Below, piece after piece: positions 1-13,158 of a stretch of DNA of 64,000 nt. Below the pieces are notes generated by a model. The model had not been told where the DNA came from, ran no database searches, and saw only the letters and a list, made by a program, of their open reading frames with translations. The position numbers and the translations under genes are program-made. The stretch is from the human T2T-CHM13v2.0 reference genome, Homo sapiens. Within the stretch, counting starts at the first letter, position 1. Each line of letters opens with the position of its first letter. The stretch lies in assembly GCF_009914755.1 (NCBI RefSeq), contig NC_060930.1. One strand, 5' to 3'.

Positions 1-1565
1 TGCCTGGCTGGGGAGTTGTTTGCTTTTTGATTTACCAAAAGGTAGTGGAGTCACTGCCGAAACTTGAATCTGCATCACTAGGCATCACACTTCCCTCTCA
101 GAGTTACTTTTCAAACTAGAAAAGTAGAGCAATGATCTCTCTAAGGCATTGTACTGTGTACACTTCCTGAGCCTGAACAACACGTTAGTATTAGGCATTC
201 ACTTCTGAATAGACAACCTGTCTCAGAAGACCACTATTCACTCAAGTGTGTTACTTATTTTCAGCTCCATATCTCTGCAGGTTCAATGGTGAAAAATCCA
301 ATAAGAAATATAGTTTAGAAAGAAGTTGCCACCTTTGTAGTTCTGCAGACTTAATGTGGACTATAGAAAATCTATTCCCTAGGCATTTGGCTAATTGAAC
401 ACGGTCATCAAGATTAGCATGTCCCTTTGTTCTTGCAAAATCAGTCGGAATAAGCCATTAACTTTCTATTAGACTAGCATTAGTGGATTCAGTGTGTTGA
501 TCCCCTTCAGATAGAAAATTTATATGCAATAAATAATTTAACATTGAAATTTACATTACACATAAGTTTCCTGGTGTGATATCAGGGATTATTATCTGGA
601 ACAAATTACAGGCAAAACAATTTTTTGTACAATAGCCATACACCAAAAGTAGAATTTAAAAATTACCATTAGACCAACAAACCCTAAACTGACATTAGAC
701 ACTATTAATTCAGAAGAAAAAAATAATCAACTGTCTTATTAAACATTGACACAAAATTCTAAGTTATATTTGGAAAATCAATATGTTTTCTGAAATTGAA
801 GGAAAGCCAATAACAAGGAAAATCTTCACAAAGTCTTTAAAATATACTTATTTAAAACTAGGTATGCCCCTTTAACGACATTTGACCTTGCTTGTGAAGA
901 CAGCATCATTCCAGATTAAAACAAAAGAAGAGATTCAGCATTAGAATATACATCAGAAAAATATGTAATAATCTATGTCAGAGGAAGAGCAAAAACATAG
1001 ACATTACTAGAAGAATAAAACATATATACCTTTCTAGATTTAGAATTATATGGCTTTATATTTTCTTTTCATCTCAATATATTTTCTTTCCTAATAGAAA
1101 TCCTGCTAAAAAAAAACTACAATCAAGGACAATATATGATAATGAAGGTAGATTCCCAGAAGTGTCTTCTAATCTATGGCTGCTTCTTGAATAAGAAAAT
1201 GAGAGAGGAAGATGCATTATTGCCACATTAAGCAATTAAGGGAATATCAAATTAGAGTGTCCAAAGAATGTTAAAAGTTGGCATAGTAAAATTTTTTCTC
1301 TGTCTTGAGTCAACCATCACTCACTTTATTCACAATACTTTTTAAATAACATCAGTACAACTTTCCTCTCAGCTTTCAAAGGAAGTATAAACAACACTTT
1401 CTCCTGGACCTACAGAGTGAAAAAAAAAATTCTATTTCCACTTCCACCAAGATCTAAGCCACATTTGCTCAGATCTGGCAGATAATTTCTTGCCAAGTCA
1501 CAGAATTCACCCACAAAACAACTTCCAGAAAATCAGTGCATCAGTGTGTCAAATCAGAAGTTACG

Positions 1566-1730
1566 GGCCAGGCTCCAAGGCTCATGTCTGTAGTCACAGC
1601 TACTCAGGAGGCTGAGGCAGGAAAATCACTTGAGTTTCATAGTTCAAGGCTACCGTGAGCTATCATGGTGTCACTGCACTCCAGCCTGGGCAACAGCAAG
1701 ACCCCATTTCTAAAATAAAATTTTAAAAAA
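1566..1730 (+). mobile_element. FRAM/FAM-type free Alu monomer (7SL-derived SINE)
   Basis: A single right-arm-like monomer (GGCCAGG...TGTAGTCACAGCTACTCAGGAGGCTGAGGCAGG...CACTGCACTCCAGCCTGGGCAACAG) followed by an A-rich tail. Confidence 0.85.
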
Positions 1731-2389
1731 TTAAAAGTTGTGGTCTGGCAGGTGCGTAATATGTCACCAGCATGGAAACCAAGGAACCTGGGTTTTGGTC
1801 ATTAACTATCTCTGTCAGGTAGCCACCCACAACATAAGAGAGCCACCTTGGAAGACATCATCTGAGTAGAATGGGATAGATTTATTTTCCCGTCCTCCTC
1901 CAAAAATCTTAGAACTGAAATCAAGTCGGAAGTGGGGCTCTGGTGGGTACTGATCCTTCTGACTGCAATAACAAAAGCATCACAAAATCCAGGTTATCCA
2001 CACTCCTTTCCTCACAATCCCTGATTTGGCAATGATCAGTTGAGGCCTCTATGTGCTTTCTCTCAGGAAGACCCCTTTGGGTCTGAAGTCTCAGGGTGAG
2101 CCAGGACCTGGGCATGGGGAAACACAGCAAGGAGCTGGCTCTGGTTCTGACGTTAGGAAGAAAGTTGATGGTGAGAAATATTTGGCAGTAGGCTATGTGT
2201 ATTTTTCAGTGAACAAAGATATTGCAGGAATGATGTAAATACCTTTGAAGCAGGGACATCAAATAGCCCCTAATAGTATCATGAGATATCACATAGAACT
2301 AATGACATAATGTTGGGAAAAAACTTTGAAATGCATGAATAGTAATAGCAATCAACATTTCTGTGAGATTTTTTATAGATTAGAATGCA

Positions 2390-2540
2390 TTTACCCTTCC
2401 TCTTCTGCAAAACAGTGATAATAATGTTACCTACACAATAGAGTTACAGTTAAGTTAAATCAGTTAAAACGTGTAAAAAACCTGGAACACTGCTTAGTAC
2501 ATCCAGTATTATTATGTAAGTATTACGAATGATAATATTA
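2390..2540 (+). mobile_element. MIR SINE, 3' part
   Basis: TCTGCAAAACAGTGATAATAATGTTACCTAC...TTAAATCAGTTAA...GAACACTGCTTAGTACAT matches the MIR core and 3' end. Confidence 0.7.
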
Positions 2541-2689
2541 TTGCTGCCATTATTATTAGCTGTTTTTATACTCCCATACGAGATTATTATCCCAGCATAA
2601 CAGATAAGAAAACTGAAATTTTCTAATTGTGCGTTTTGTGTTCTGATACACCATGTTGTTAATACTAGCAATTATTACTATTATTATTA

Positions 2690-2945
2690 CTAATACAGTT
2701 AATATTCTTTTAGTACTAAAATGTGTCTAGCAGAGAGCTAAACCTTCCATACATGTTAGTACATTTAATTCTTGCTACTATCAGATGAGGTAAACTTATC
2801 TGCATTTTATTAATGAAATGACTGAAGCCCAGAAAAGCTGAATACATTAATCAAAATTATACAACTTAGGATAAGTCGAGCAGGGATTTGAACACACATC
2901 ATGTTGCCTAAAAAGCATAAATTCTTAACTATTCTTACTACTGTC
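2690..2945 (-). mobile_element. MIR SINE
   Basis: ATTTTATTAATGAAATGACTGAAGCCCAGA...GAGCAGGGATTTGAACAC matches the antisense MIR core and B box. Confidence 0.7.
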
Positions 2946-3109
2946 TCCTTTTCTGTTACAACCACACTAGGATTTGTCAGTTTTTCAGTTCAATCGCAAT
3001 TGACACATGGATCAAATTAATGGGTCGTAGAGGACCTCATATTCTTTCTCTTGTCTGGAGTCTGGTCTAACAAAAGAAGAAACTATTTATTATGATGCTG
3101 TTTTCAAAA

Positions 3110-3338
3110 GTCACTTATCCTCAAAATATCAGTCCTACTCTTTGACATTTAACTCTCACTTTACTTGGGGGGGAGCTGGGAGAAGTTGTCCTGTGTATTG
3201 TAGGATGCTAAGCAGTACCCCTATCCTGTATCCCCTAAATAGACCACGCCACTATAGCCAGTAGTGAAAGCTAAAAGTGTCTTCAGATACTGCCAAATGT
3301 GCCCTAGGGACAAAACTGTCTGATGTTGAGAATCACTG
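3110..3338 (-). mobile_element. MER20 (hAT-Charlie MITE)
   Basis: TGTCCTGTGTATTGTAGGATG...CAGATACTGCCAAATGTGCCCTAGGGACAAAA...GTTGAGAATCACTG; ends in a MER20-type terminus. Confidence 0.8.
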
Positions 3339-4019
3339 ATTTCCTTGTGAAGATGTTCATACTTCTTAGGAGGTGATAAGCTTTATCCAATAACAAGGAT
3401 TTAAACCCATATCACAAGGAAAAATTGCGTCCAGGTTAATTTGGTGAAGATGAGAAATGTCAGCACAGAGAGGACTGCCTGGAGGTCACAGAGACAAACT
3501 TCAGCTTAAATCAGCTCAACAAACATTCACCAAGTGCAACCAGGCTCTGGGCTATGCTCAGGAGCTGTAGGAAGGAACCTCACAACCCTGACCTTCAGGA
3601 CCCACCAGTAGGTATCACCTTCTCAAAGTTTTGCCTGAGGCTAGCTCTGCCGCAGCGAGACCTTTCTCAGATGGTTAATTCCTGTGATTTTAAGTTAATG
3701 ACTCTCCATTTGTTCTCTCTTCTCTCTTTCTGCAGTTACCTGGAAGGTGGGACCTGGATTTAAAGTTTTAATAGACAGAGAGTAAAAGTCCATGTTCCTT
3801 GAGGTCAGAGAGCAGGTTATTTCTAACTTCAAAAGCATAAAACTCTACTTGGATGAAAACAAAAAGTTACTCTGAGGCCAAAACCTTGGCATTCTAAAAG
3901 TGTTTCATCTCCCAAGGTTTCCGCGGCTGTTTCAGGAGTTCTTTAGGTTTTTGTTGGTTATTTCTGGGTTTTAGAAAATATTATTTTTAATAAGCTTAGG
4001 GTTTTTTTTTCTTCTTTAG

Positions 4020-4245
4020 AGAAAGACCGTATGAGTTCAAATCCTGGCTGTGTCGCTTACTATTTGTGTGTCACTGGGTTGATTCCTCAAATTTTCTGTG
4101 CCTCAGATAAATTTTTAGATTTAGGAGAAATAACGGTGCCAACATCATTATGCTAGTTGTAAAGATTAAATCAGCTAATATTTATTAAGCACTTAGAGTA
4201 GTTCCTAGCACATAATAAGTACTCAATAAATGTTAGTTGTTAATA
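4020..4245 (+). mobile_element. MIR SINE
   Basis: GAGTTCAAATCCTGGCT (B box)...CTGTGCCTCAG...TAAGTACTCAATAAATGTTAG (3' end). Confidence 0.85.
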
Positions 4246-4420
4246 TTAATAGCCAACATTCTGGCATCCATCATGTGCCTGCCTCTGTGCTAGACATGGT
4301 AGATTTGCTATCTTTTTTTTAAACCTTCACAGAAATCCTATGATGTAAATATTACTGTCTTTACATTGTTATAGATGTAAAACCTGAGATTCCAGAAGAT
4401 AAATTACCTGCCCATAGTTA
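4246..4420 (-). mobile_element. MIR SINE
   Basis: ATGTGCC...CTGTGCTAGAC...CCTTCACAGAAATCCTATGA...ATAGATGTAAAACCTGAG is antisense MIR. Confidence 0.65.
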
Positions 4421-4803
4421 ATAAACGTCACAGTAAACTTTCCCAAAGTCTTAGTAAATGAATTCAAAAGTCTTCATCCTTAGTTCAGACTCAGTAAGTT
4501 AACAACAATTAAATATGGAGGAAGAGATAGCAACTAAACACTGGGCACAGAGATGCAGAGGGTGGTAAACATAATGGTTAAGCCTTCAGAGACAAATAAC
4601 CCTAGATGCTGGGCAGGCTTCTCTCATAAATGTTTTCGGTTTTGTTTTTGACTCCTGAAGAGGCATACTTCAGTTCTTTGGAAATTTCAGTTATGAGGGA
4701 GAATATGCGGTAAAAGATACTAGGCAAAGAGTTATAAAGATCATTTTTTTAAAAAAAATCTTCATCTATTTATCCCTTCAATGTGTGTATATAGTGATTA
4801 CCA

Positions 4804-5160
4804 TTATAGGTTGAGTTGTGGCTCCCAAAACCCATATTTTAAAGCCCTAACCCCTGGTACCTCAGAATGTGACTTTATTCAGAAATAGGATTCTTTTAGA
4901 TGTAATTAATTAAGATAAGATCATAATGGAGTGGGGTGGATTTCTAATCCGATATGACTAGTATCCTTTTACAAAGGAGAAATTTGGAGACAGACAAGCA
5001 TGAAGGGAAAATTAGGTAAAGAAACACATACACAGGGAGAAGATGGCTGTCTACAAGCCAAGGAGAGAGGCCTGAAACAGATTCTTCCCTTACCACCATC
5101 AGAAGGAACCAAGCTTACCCACACCTTCATCTCAGACTTCTAGTCTCCAGAACTGTGAGG
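4804..5160 (+). mobile_element. MLT1B-like MaLR solo LTR, 3' truncated
   Basis: CCCTAACCCCTGGTACCTCAGAATGTGAC...CTACAAGCCAAGGAGAGAGGCCT...TCAGACTTCTAGTCTCCAGAACTGTGAG. Confidence 0.85.
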
Positions 5161-5781
5161 CAGCTGTCCTCTTTGCAGTGACTCACCATTTTAGGGTACA
5201 TCTGTCTTGTGGCACCTCCATGCCAACACACTACTTTAAGATTTTCCATTTTCTCTTCATGGGAAGAGAGCCCTGAAGAGCCTCACCCTGGAAAATAAGT
5301 GTCATTTCTGCTATCAGCTAGACCATGCCTTTTCTAACTTCAAGAGGGCTGGTAAAGATAAGCATCCTATGTCCAAGAAGGGCAGGACAACTAACAACAC
5401 CCACTGTAAAATAGCTACATGCTTAGTACTACGGACATGAAAGTTAAAAAAGCAGATAGAATCCTTACCCTTACAGGAAGTATGATATAAAGGAGGAGGC
5501 ACAACTGATACATAACACAAATACAGGCAAATAATAATGGTATAAATAAGTAAATGAATCGTTAACACAGATTTTTTTAAATGCAGAAACAATTCAAATG
5601 GTGACAAGTGCCTTGAAAGAAAGTAACAGTGCACTTGATAATGAATAGCAGAGCCAAAGGGATATACCACACACAGCTACCTGGCAAGACTTTCAAGATG
5701 AGACTTGATGGATGAGGAAGAGCAAGCTATGCAAAGGGCAGAGAGGAGAGTCCTCCAAGAATACACCTTTTTATGTTATAA

Positions 5782-6083
<302 letters not shown>

Positions 6084-6093
6084 AATATCAATA

Positions 6094-6290
6094 CTTACAT
6101 AGTGCTTGTGCGCCAGAAGCTATTCTACATTCTTTAAATATAGATATATATTTAATAGCATTTTATAGATAAGGAAAGAGATATTGAAGTGAAATGACTT
6201 GTCTAAGGTCACACAGCTAGTAAGTAGGAGAGCAAAGATTCAAACTCAGGCACTTTGGTTCTACAGTCTGTGTGCTTAGCCACTAAGCCT
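6094..6290 (-). mobile_element. MIR SINE (host of the Alu)
   Basis: ATTTTATAGATAAGGAAA...GACTTGTCTAAGGTCACACAGCTAGTAAGT...GATTCAAACTCAGG. Confidence 0.85.
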
Positions 6291-6582
6291 GCTACCTATG
6301 GATATGAAGGACTCAACTCGTTTAAGGAACTTAAAGAAGAATAGTATGGAATAAGAGAGGGGCCTTAGAGAGTAGATTAGCAGAGACTAGATCTTGCAGG
6401 GCCTTATATGCCTTATAAGGGGTTTAAATTTTATCCTGAAATACAATTTGAAGCCACTTAAGTGTTTTAAGAAGAGCTATGAAGTGAAATGATTTATACT
6501 TTACAATAATACTGTCCTGGGGAAATTAGATTAGGTCTAGATTGAAATCTGGGAAGCCTCTATATTAGCTAAAAAGATACTT

Positions 6583-7038
6583 TGTGTGAGTTCTCTATTG
6601 TTTCTGTGACAAATTAGGCAAAATTTAGTGCTTAAATAACAGATTTAAAACTTCACAGTTCATCATCAAACACAGATCTCAATGGTCTAAGATGAAGTTA
6701 TGGGCTTTTGTTCTGGAAGTTCTAGGAAAGAACAATATCTTGGATGTTTCTATTTTGTAGAGGCTGCCTGCTTCCCTTGGCTGGTAGCCCCCTTCCTCCA
6801 TCTTTGAAGCCATCAAGGTCCCCAGTACTTCTCAGATTCTCTCTTTCATGTTTAATAACCCTTGTGTTTACATTAGGCCCTCCCAGATAATACATGGTAA
6901 TCTCTCTAATATCAAATGATTAACAACTTTAATTCCATCTGCAATCTTAGTTCCCCTTTGCAATGTAGCCTAACATATTCACAGGTTCCTTGGGATTAGG
7001 ATAGATATCTTTGGAAAGCCATTATTCTGCCCACTGCA
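6583..7038 (-). mobile_element. MLT1D-like MaLR solo LTR
   Basis: AGAGGCTGCCTGCTTCCCTTGGCTGGTAGCCCCCTTCCTCCATCTT...AACATATTCACAGGTTCC...CATTATTCTGCCCACTGCA. Confidence 0.8.
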
Positions 7039-8584
7039 GGCCTTTTAGACTATCAAGAATGGCTTGACTTAATAAACAAGGCATCATCTTATAATGAAAT
7101 TCTTAGCAACCATTAAAAACAAAAATGTTTATGACATAAAATGATAATATAAAAAGATTTATGTGATAAAGTGCAATATAATGTGAACTCTACCATCTCC
7201 CACTCCTGGATTTCCTCCAGATGGGTCAATAGGAAGGACAGGTAAGGAAATGTTTGCTTTATGCCCAGTGAAAATGCCAGGTGGAAACAGCAAGCATATC
7301 AATGCTCTGAATGTCACCAGCCTGACACCTTTGAACTAAATTCTTCCCCACAGGACCTCAGTCATTGTCCTCTGCAGAGACTGTCCTCTAATTCCTCTCC
7401 CTCTTATAGTCTCAAGAATTTCAAGTCTGCCCATTCTTTCCTCCTTTACCATATCTATGTTTCCAGTTTGACAACGAAAAATAAACTCTTCTTAATGACT
7501 AATTTATGTTTTCTTTGATTCTACTGATTCAACCCCTCCTGGTTCTCACAACAAAATATAAAATTTAAAACAGTATATTTCCTAGTATGTATCACCACCT
7601 ACAGAACCACCTAGAGAGTGCATTTGCCAAAATATTAATTAATATAAATATCAATAACTCCCTATTATAATACATATTTTTTCCTCTGATCAGCATCATT
7701 CATGCTTCTTGCCTATTTTGTGCACTTGACGGTATCCTCAGGCATGTGAGAAACACAGACCCTGATTAAATAAATCAATCTATGTTGAAAGCTGATAAAA
7801 TTATCATGAGCAGATCAACAGGACTCCAACAGCACCAAAATAGAGGGAATAGAGTCCATTTTGCCTCACTCGCTTTCTGAGGAAGACTGTACCTCATTTA
7901 TTTTTCTCTCCCCATTGACTAATGTCTGCCTGCTCATTTAATTTGAAGTTGTGGAGCTAGGGATTGTGCACCTGTTCTTTATTTTATGTATCCACTTTCC
8001 CCCCACCTTCAATTTCTTAACATTAATCCTTTATTTTACAGCAACCATAACTGCCACCTGGCACCTGAAGCGTGGAGCTTACCAATGTTTAATAGAGTTT
8101 TTAATGCAAAGCCTGCAAAATAATTCTGAAAACACAATATGTATGCATAAATGCTTCTTAACCCTTTGTCCCAAGTATAGAGCACTTCCAGAAATTCCTT
8201 ATTTTTTTAGATAGAAGTTAGGCATGTAGGCTTTCGAATTTTAAAGATTTTATGGAAAGATATCAGAATAGTATGCATATTTGGGCAAGAAAATTAGGTT
8301 CTAATAGACTACAAATGGGTGACATTTATTGTCACTGAAATGTGGTTATAAGAATATTCTTAGCAAACTGAACTCCAGTTTTTCCCCAGCTTTATTAAGC
8401 TATAACTGACAAATAAAAATTGTATGTATTTATAGTATACAATGAAATAATGTCATACACACATATTCATAGTGAAATGATTAAAATAAGCTAATTGATA
8501 TATCCATCACCTAATATACTTACCAGTTTTTGTTGTGAGACATGTAAGATCTACTCTTTTAGCAGTTTTCAAGTATACAATATA

Positions 8585-11500
8585 AAGGCACACCTTATTT
8601 TATTGCACTTTATTGGACTTTGCAGATATTGCACATTTTACAAATTGAAGGTTTGTGGCAACCTTGCATTAAGCAAATCTATCAGCACCATTTTTTCAAC
8701 AGCATGTGCTCACTTCAGTTCTCTATGTCACATTTTGGTAATTCTCACATATTTCAAATATTTTCATTGTTATTATATCTGTTATAAGTGGCACCACAAA
8801 CCATGCCCATATAAAACAGAGAACTTAATCAATACATGTTATGTGGGTTCTGAATACTCTACCAACCTGCCACTTCCCCTTCTCTCTTCCTTTCTGTGGG
8901 TCTTCCTGTTCCCTGAGACACAACAAAAACTGATATTATGCACATTAATAGCCCTATAGTGGCTTCTAAGTGTTCCAGTGAAAGGAAGGGTCACATATCT
9001 CTCATTTTAAATCAAAAGCTAAAAATTATTAAGCTTAGTTAGAAAGGCATGTTGAAAACTGAGATAGGCCAAAAACTAAGCCTCTTGAGCCAAAGAGTTA
9101 ACCAAGCTGCAAATGCAAGGAAAAGGTTCTTGAAAGAAATTTGACAGTGCTACTCCAGTGAACACACAAATGATAAGAAAGCAAAACATCTTATTGCTGA
9201 TATGGAGACAGTTTGAATGGTTGGAATAGAAGCTCAAACCAGCCATGCTATTCCCTGAAGCCAAAGCCTAATCCACAGTAAGGCCCTAACTCTCTTCAAA
9301 GAGGTGAGGAAGCTGCAGAAGAAAAGTTGGAAGTGAGCAAAAGTTGATTCATGGGGTTTAAGGAAGAAAGCTATCTCCATAACATAATAGTGCAAGATAA
9401 AGCAGTAAATGCTGATGTAGACGCTATAGAAATTATCCAGATGATCTAGCTAAGATCATTAAAGAAGGTGGCTAGCCTAAACAGATTTTCAATGTAGATG
9501 AAACAGCCATCTATTGAAAAAAGATGCCATCTAGGACTTTCATAGCTAGAGAGAAGTGCTTGAATTCAAAGCTTCAATAGACAAGCTGACTTTATTATTA
9601 GGAACTAATGCAGCTGGTGATTTTAAGTTGAAACCAATGCTTACTTACCATTCCAAAAATCCTAGGGCCCTATATTTAGAAAATCCCATCGTCTCAGCCC
9701 AAAATCTCCTTAAGCTGATAAGCAAATTCAGCAAACTCTCAGGATACAGAATCAATGTGCAAAAATCACAACCATTCCTATGCACCAATAATAGACAGAG
9801 AGCCAAATAATGAGTGAACTCCCATTCACAATTGCTACCAAGGAATAAAACTTACAAGGGATGTGAAGGACCTCTTCAAGGAGAGCTACAAACTACTGCT
9901 CAAGGAAATCAGAGAAGACACAAACAAATGGAAAATCATTCCACACACATGGATAGGAAGAATCAATATCGTGAAAATGGCCATACTGCCCAAAGTAATT
10001 TATAAATTCAATGCTATCCCAATCAAGCTACCATTGACTTTCTTCACAGAATTAGAAAAAAACTACTTTAAATTTCATATGGAACCAAAAAAGAGCCCGT
10101 ATAGCCAAGACAATCCTAAGCAAAAAGAACAAAGCTAGAGGCATCAAGCTACCTGACTTCAAAGTACACTATGAGGCTACAGTACTCAAAACAACATGGT
10201 ACCGGTACCAAAACAGATATATACACCAATGGAACAGAACAGAGTCCTCAGAAATAACATCACTCATCTACAACCATCAGATCTTTGACAAACCTGACAA
10301 AAACAAGCAATGAGGAAACGATTCCCTATTTAATAAATGGTGTTGGGAAAACTGGCTAGCCATATGCAGAAAACTGAAACTGGACCCCTTTCTTACATCT
10401 TATACAGAAATTAACTCAAGATGGATTAAAGACTTAAACATAAGACCTAAAATCATAAAAACCCTAGAAGAAAACCTCGGCAATACCATTCAGGACACAG
10501 GCATGGGCAGAGACTTCATGATTAAAACACCAAAAGCAATGGCAACAAAAGCCAAAATTGACAAATGGGATCTAATTAAGCTAAAGACCTTCCGCACAGC
10601 AAAAGAAACTATCATCAGAGTGAACAGGCAACCTACAGAATTGGAGAAAAATGTTGCAATCTATCCATCTGACCAAGAGCTAATATCCAGAATCTACAAG
10701 GAACTTAAACAAATTTACAAGAAAAAAAAACCCATCAAAAATGGGGGGGGGAAGAATACGAACAGACAATTCTCAAAAGAAGACATTTATGCAGCCAACA
10801 AATGCATGAAAAAAAGCTCATAAGCACTGGTCATTAGAGAAACGCAAATCAAAACCACAATGTGATACTATCTCATGCCAGTCAGAATGGCGATCATTAA
10901 AAAGTTAGGAAACAACAGATGCTGAAGAGGATGTGGAGAAATAGGAACCCTTGTACACTGTTGGTGTGAGTGTAAATTAGTTCAACCATGTAGAAGACAG
11001 TGTGGCAATTCCTCAAAGATGTAGAACCAGAAATACCATTTGACCTAGCAAACCCATTACTGGGTATATACCCAAAGGATTATAAATCATTCTACTATAA
11101 AGACAATGCACACATATGTTTATTGCAGCACTGTTCAACAATAGCAAACACTTGGAACCAACCCAAATGCCCATCAATGATAGACTGGATTAAGAAAATG
11201 TGTCACATATATGCCATGAAATACTATGCAACCACAAGAAAGTATGAGTTCATGTCCTTTGCAGGGACATGGATGAAGCTGGAAGCCATAATTCTCCGCA
11301 AACTAACACAGGAACAGAAAACCAAACACCTCATGTTCAACTAATAAGTTGGAGTTGAACAATGAGAATACATGGACAGAGGGAGGGGAACATAACACAG
11401 TGGGGCCTGTCGGGGGTCGGGGGCTAGGGTAGGGATAGCATTAGGAGAAATATCTAATGTAGATGTCAGGTTGATGAGTGCAGCAAACCACCATGGCATG

Positions 11501-12805
11501 TGTATACCTATGTAACAAACCTGAATGTTCTGCACGTGTATCCCAGCACTTAAAGCATAATAAAAAATAAAGATTAAAAAAAGAAACATGCTAAATCTAT
11601 TCTGCCTGTGCTCTATTAAATGGAATAACAAGGCCTGGATGACAGCACATCTGTTTACAAATGGTTTATTGAATATTTTAGGCCTGCTGTTGAAACTTAC
11701 TTCTTAGAAAAAAAATTTCTTTCAAAATATTACTGTTCATTTCATTGACAATGCATGTAGTCACTCAAGGGCTCCAATAGAGATACCCAAGAAGATTACT
11801 ATTGTTTTCTTGCCTGCTAACACAGCATTCATTCTGCAGCCTATGAATAAAGGCATAATTTCAACTTTCAAGCCTTATTATTTAAGACATATATTTCATA
11901 GGGCTATAGCTACCATAGAGAGTGATCTGGGCAAAGTAAATTGAAAACTTTTTGAAAAGCAGCTGCCATTCTAGAAACCATTAAGAACAGTTGTGATTCA
12001 TGGGGATATATCAAAATATTGACATTAAAGTCAGTTTAGAGGTTGACTTTAATCCTCACAGATGGCTTTGAGGGGTTCAAGGCTTCAGTGGAGGAAGTCA
12101 CTGCAGATGTGTTGGAAATAGCAAGATAAACAGAATTAGAAGTGGAGCCTGAAGATATGCCTGAATTGCTGCAATCTCATCATCAAACTTAAACAGATGA
12201 TGGAGCTTCCTATTATGGATGAGCAAAGAAGTGGTTTCTTGGAATGGAATCTGCTCTTGGTGAAGATACTGTGAACATTGTTGAAATGACAACAAAGCAA
12301 TTAGGACATTACATAAATTTAGTTGATAAAGTATTGTCAGGGTTTGAGAGGGTTGACTCCAGTTTTAAAAGAAGTTCCACTGTAGAGAAAATGGTATCCA
12401 ACTTCATCACACATCATGGAGAAATCTTTTGTGAAAGGGAAGAGTCAATTGATGTGGGGAACTTCATTGTTGTCTTAAGAAATTGCCACAACTACCCCAA
12501 CCTTCCACAGCCACCACCCTGATCAGTTGACAGCCATCAACATTGAGGCAAGACCCTCCACCAGCAAAAAAAAATATGATTTGCTGAGGATCAAATGATA
12601 GTTAGCATTTTTTAGCAATAAAGTTTGTTTTAATTAAATATGTACATTGTATTTTAAACATAATGCTATTGCACATGTAATAGACTATAGTATAAATATA
12701 ACTTTTATATGTACTGGGAAACCAGACTTTGTGGGACTCACTTGTGCTATTTGCTTTATTGCAGTGGTCTAGAACCAAACCCACAATACCTCTGAGGTGT
12801 GCATG
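8585..12805 (+). mobile_element. Tigger1 (TcMar) DNA transposon, near full length, split by L1PA
   Basis: TIRs AAGGCACACCTT (8585) and GAGGTGTGCATG (12805) with a TA/TG target; transposase remnant [36 protein letters not shown]. Confidence 0.95.
9671..11580 (+). mobile_element. 5'-truncated L1PA (about L1PA7/8)
   Basis: ORF2 C-terminal peptides ([29 protein letters not shown]), a primate L1 3'UTR and a poly(A) tail. Confidence 0.95.
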
Positions 12806-13125
12806 TGTTATTATTAACTGTAGTCATATGCTGTACAACAGATCTCCCAAACTTACACATCCTGTCTAACTGAAACTTTGTACACTTTGATCAACTTCTC
12901 CCTGTTTCATTACCATCACCCATCCCCTTCCAGCTCCTGGATACCACCATTCTGTTCTATTATTCTATGAGTTCAACTTTTTTACATTCCACATGTAAGT
13001 GAGATCATAGCAGTATTTGTCTCTCTGTACCAAACTTATTTCACTTAGCATAATGTCCTCCAGCTTCATCCATTTTTAGCAAGTGACAGGATTTCCTTGT
13101 TTTATAAGGCTAAATAGTATTTCAT

Positions 13126-13158
<33 letters not shown>

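Noticed and set aside
1566-1730. 7SL RNA gene
   Set aside because: It lacks the S domain and is a diverged Alu monomer with an A tail
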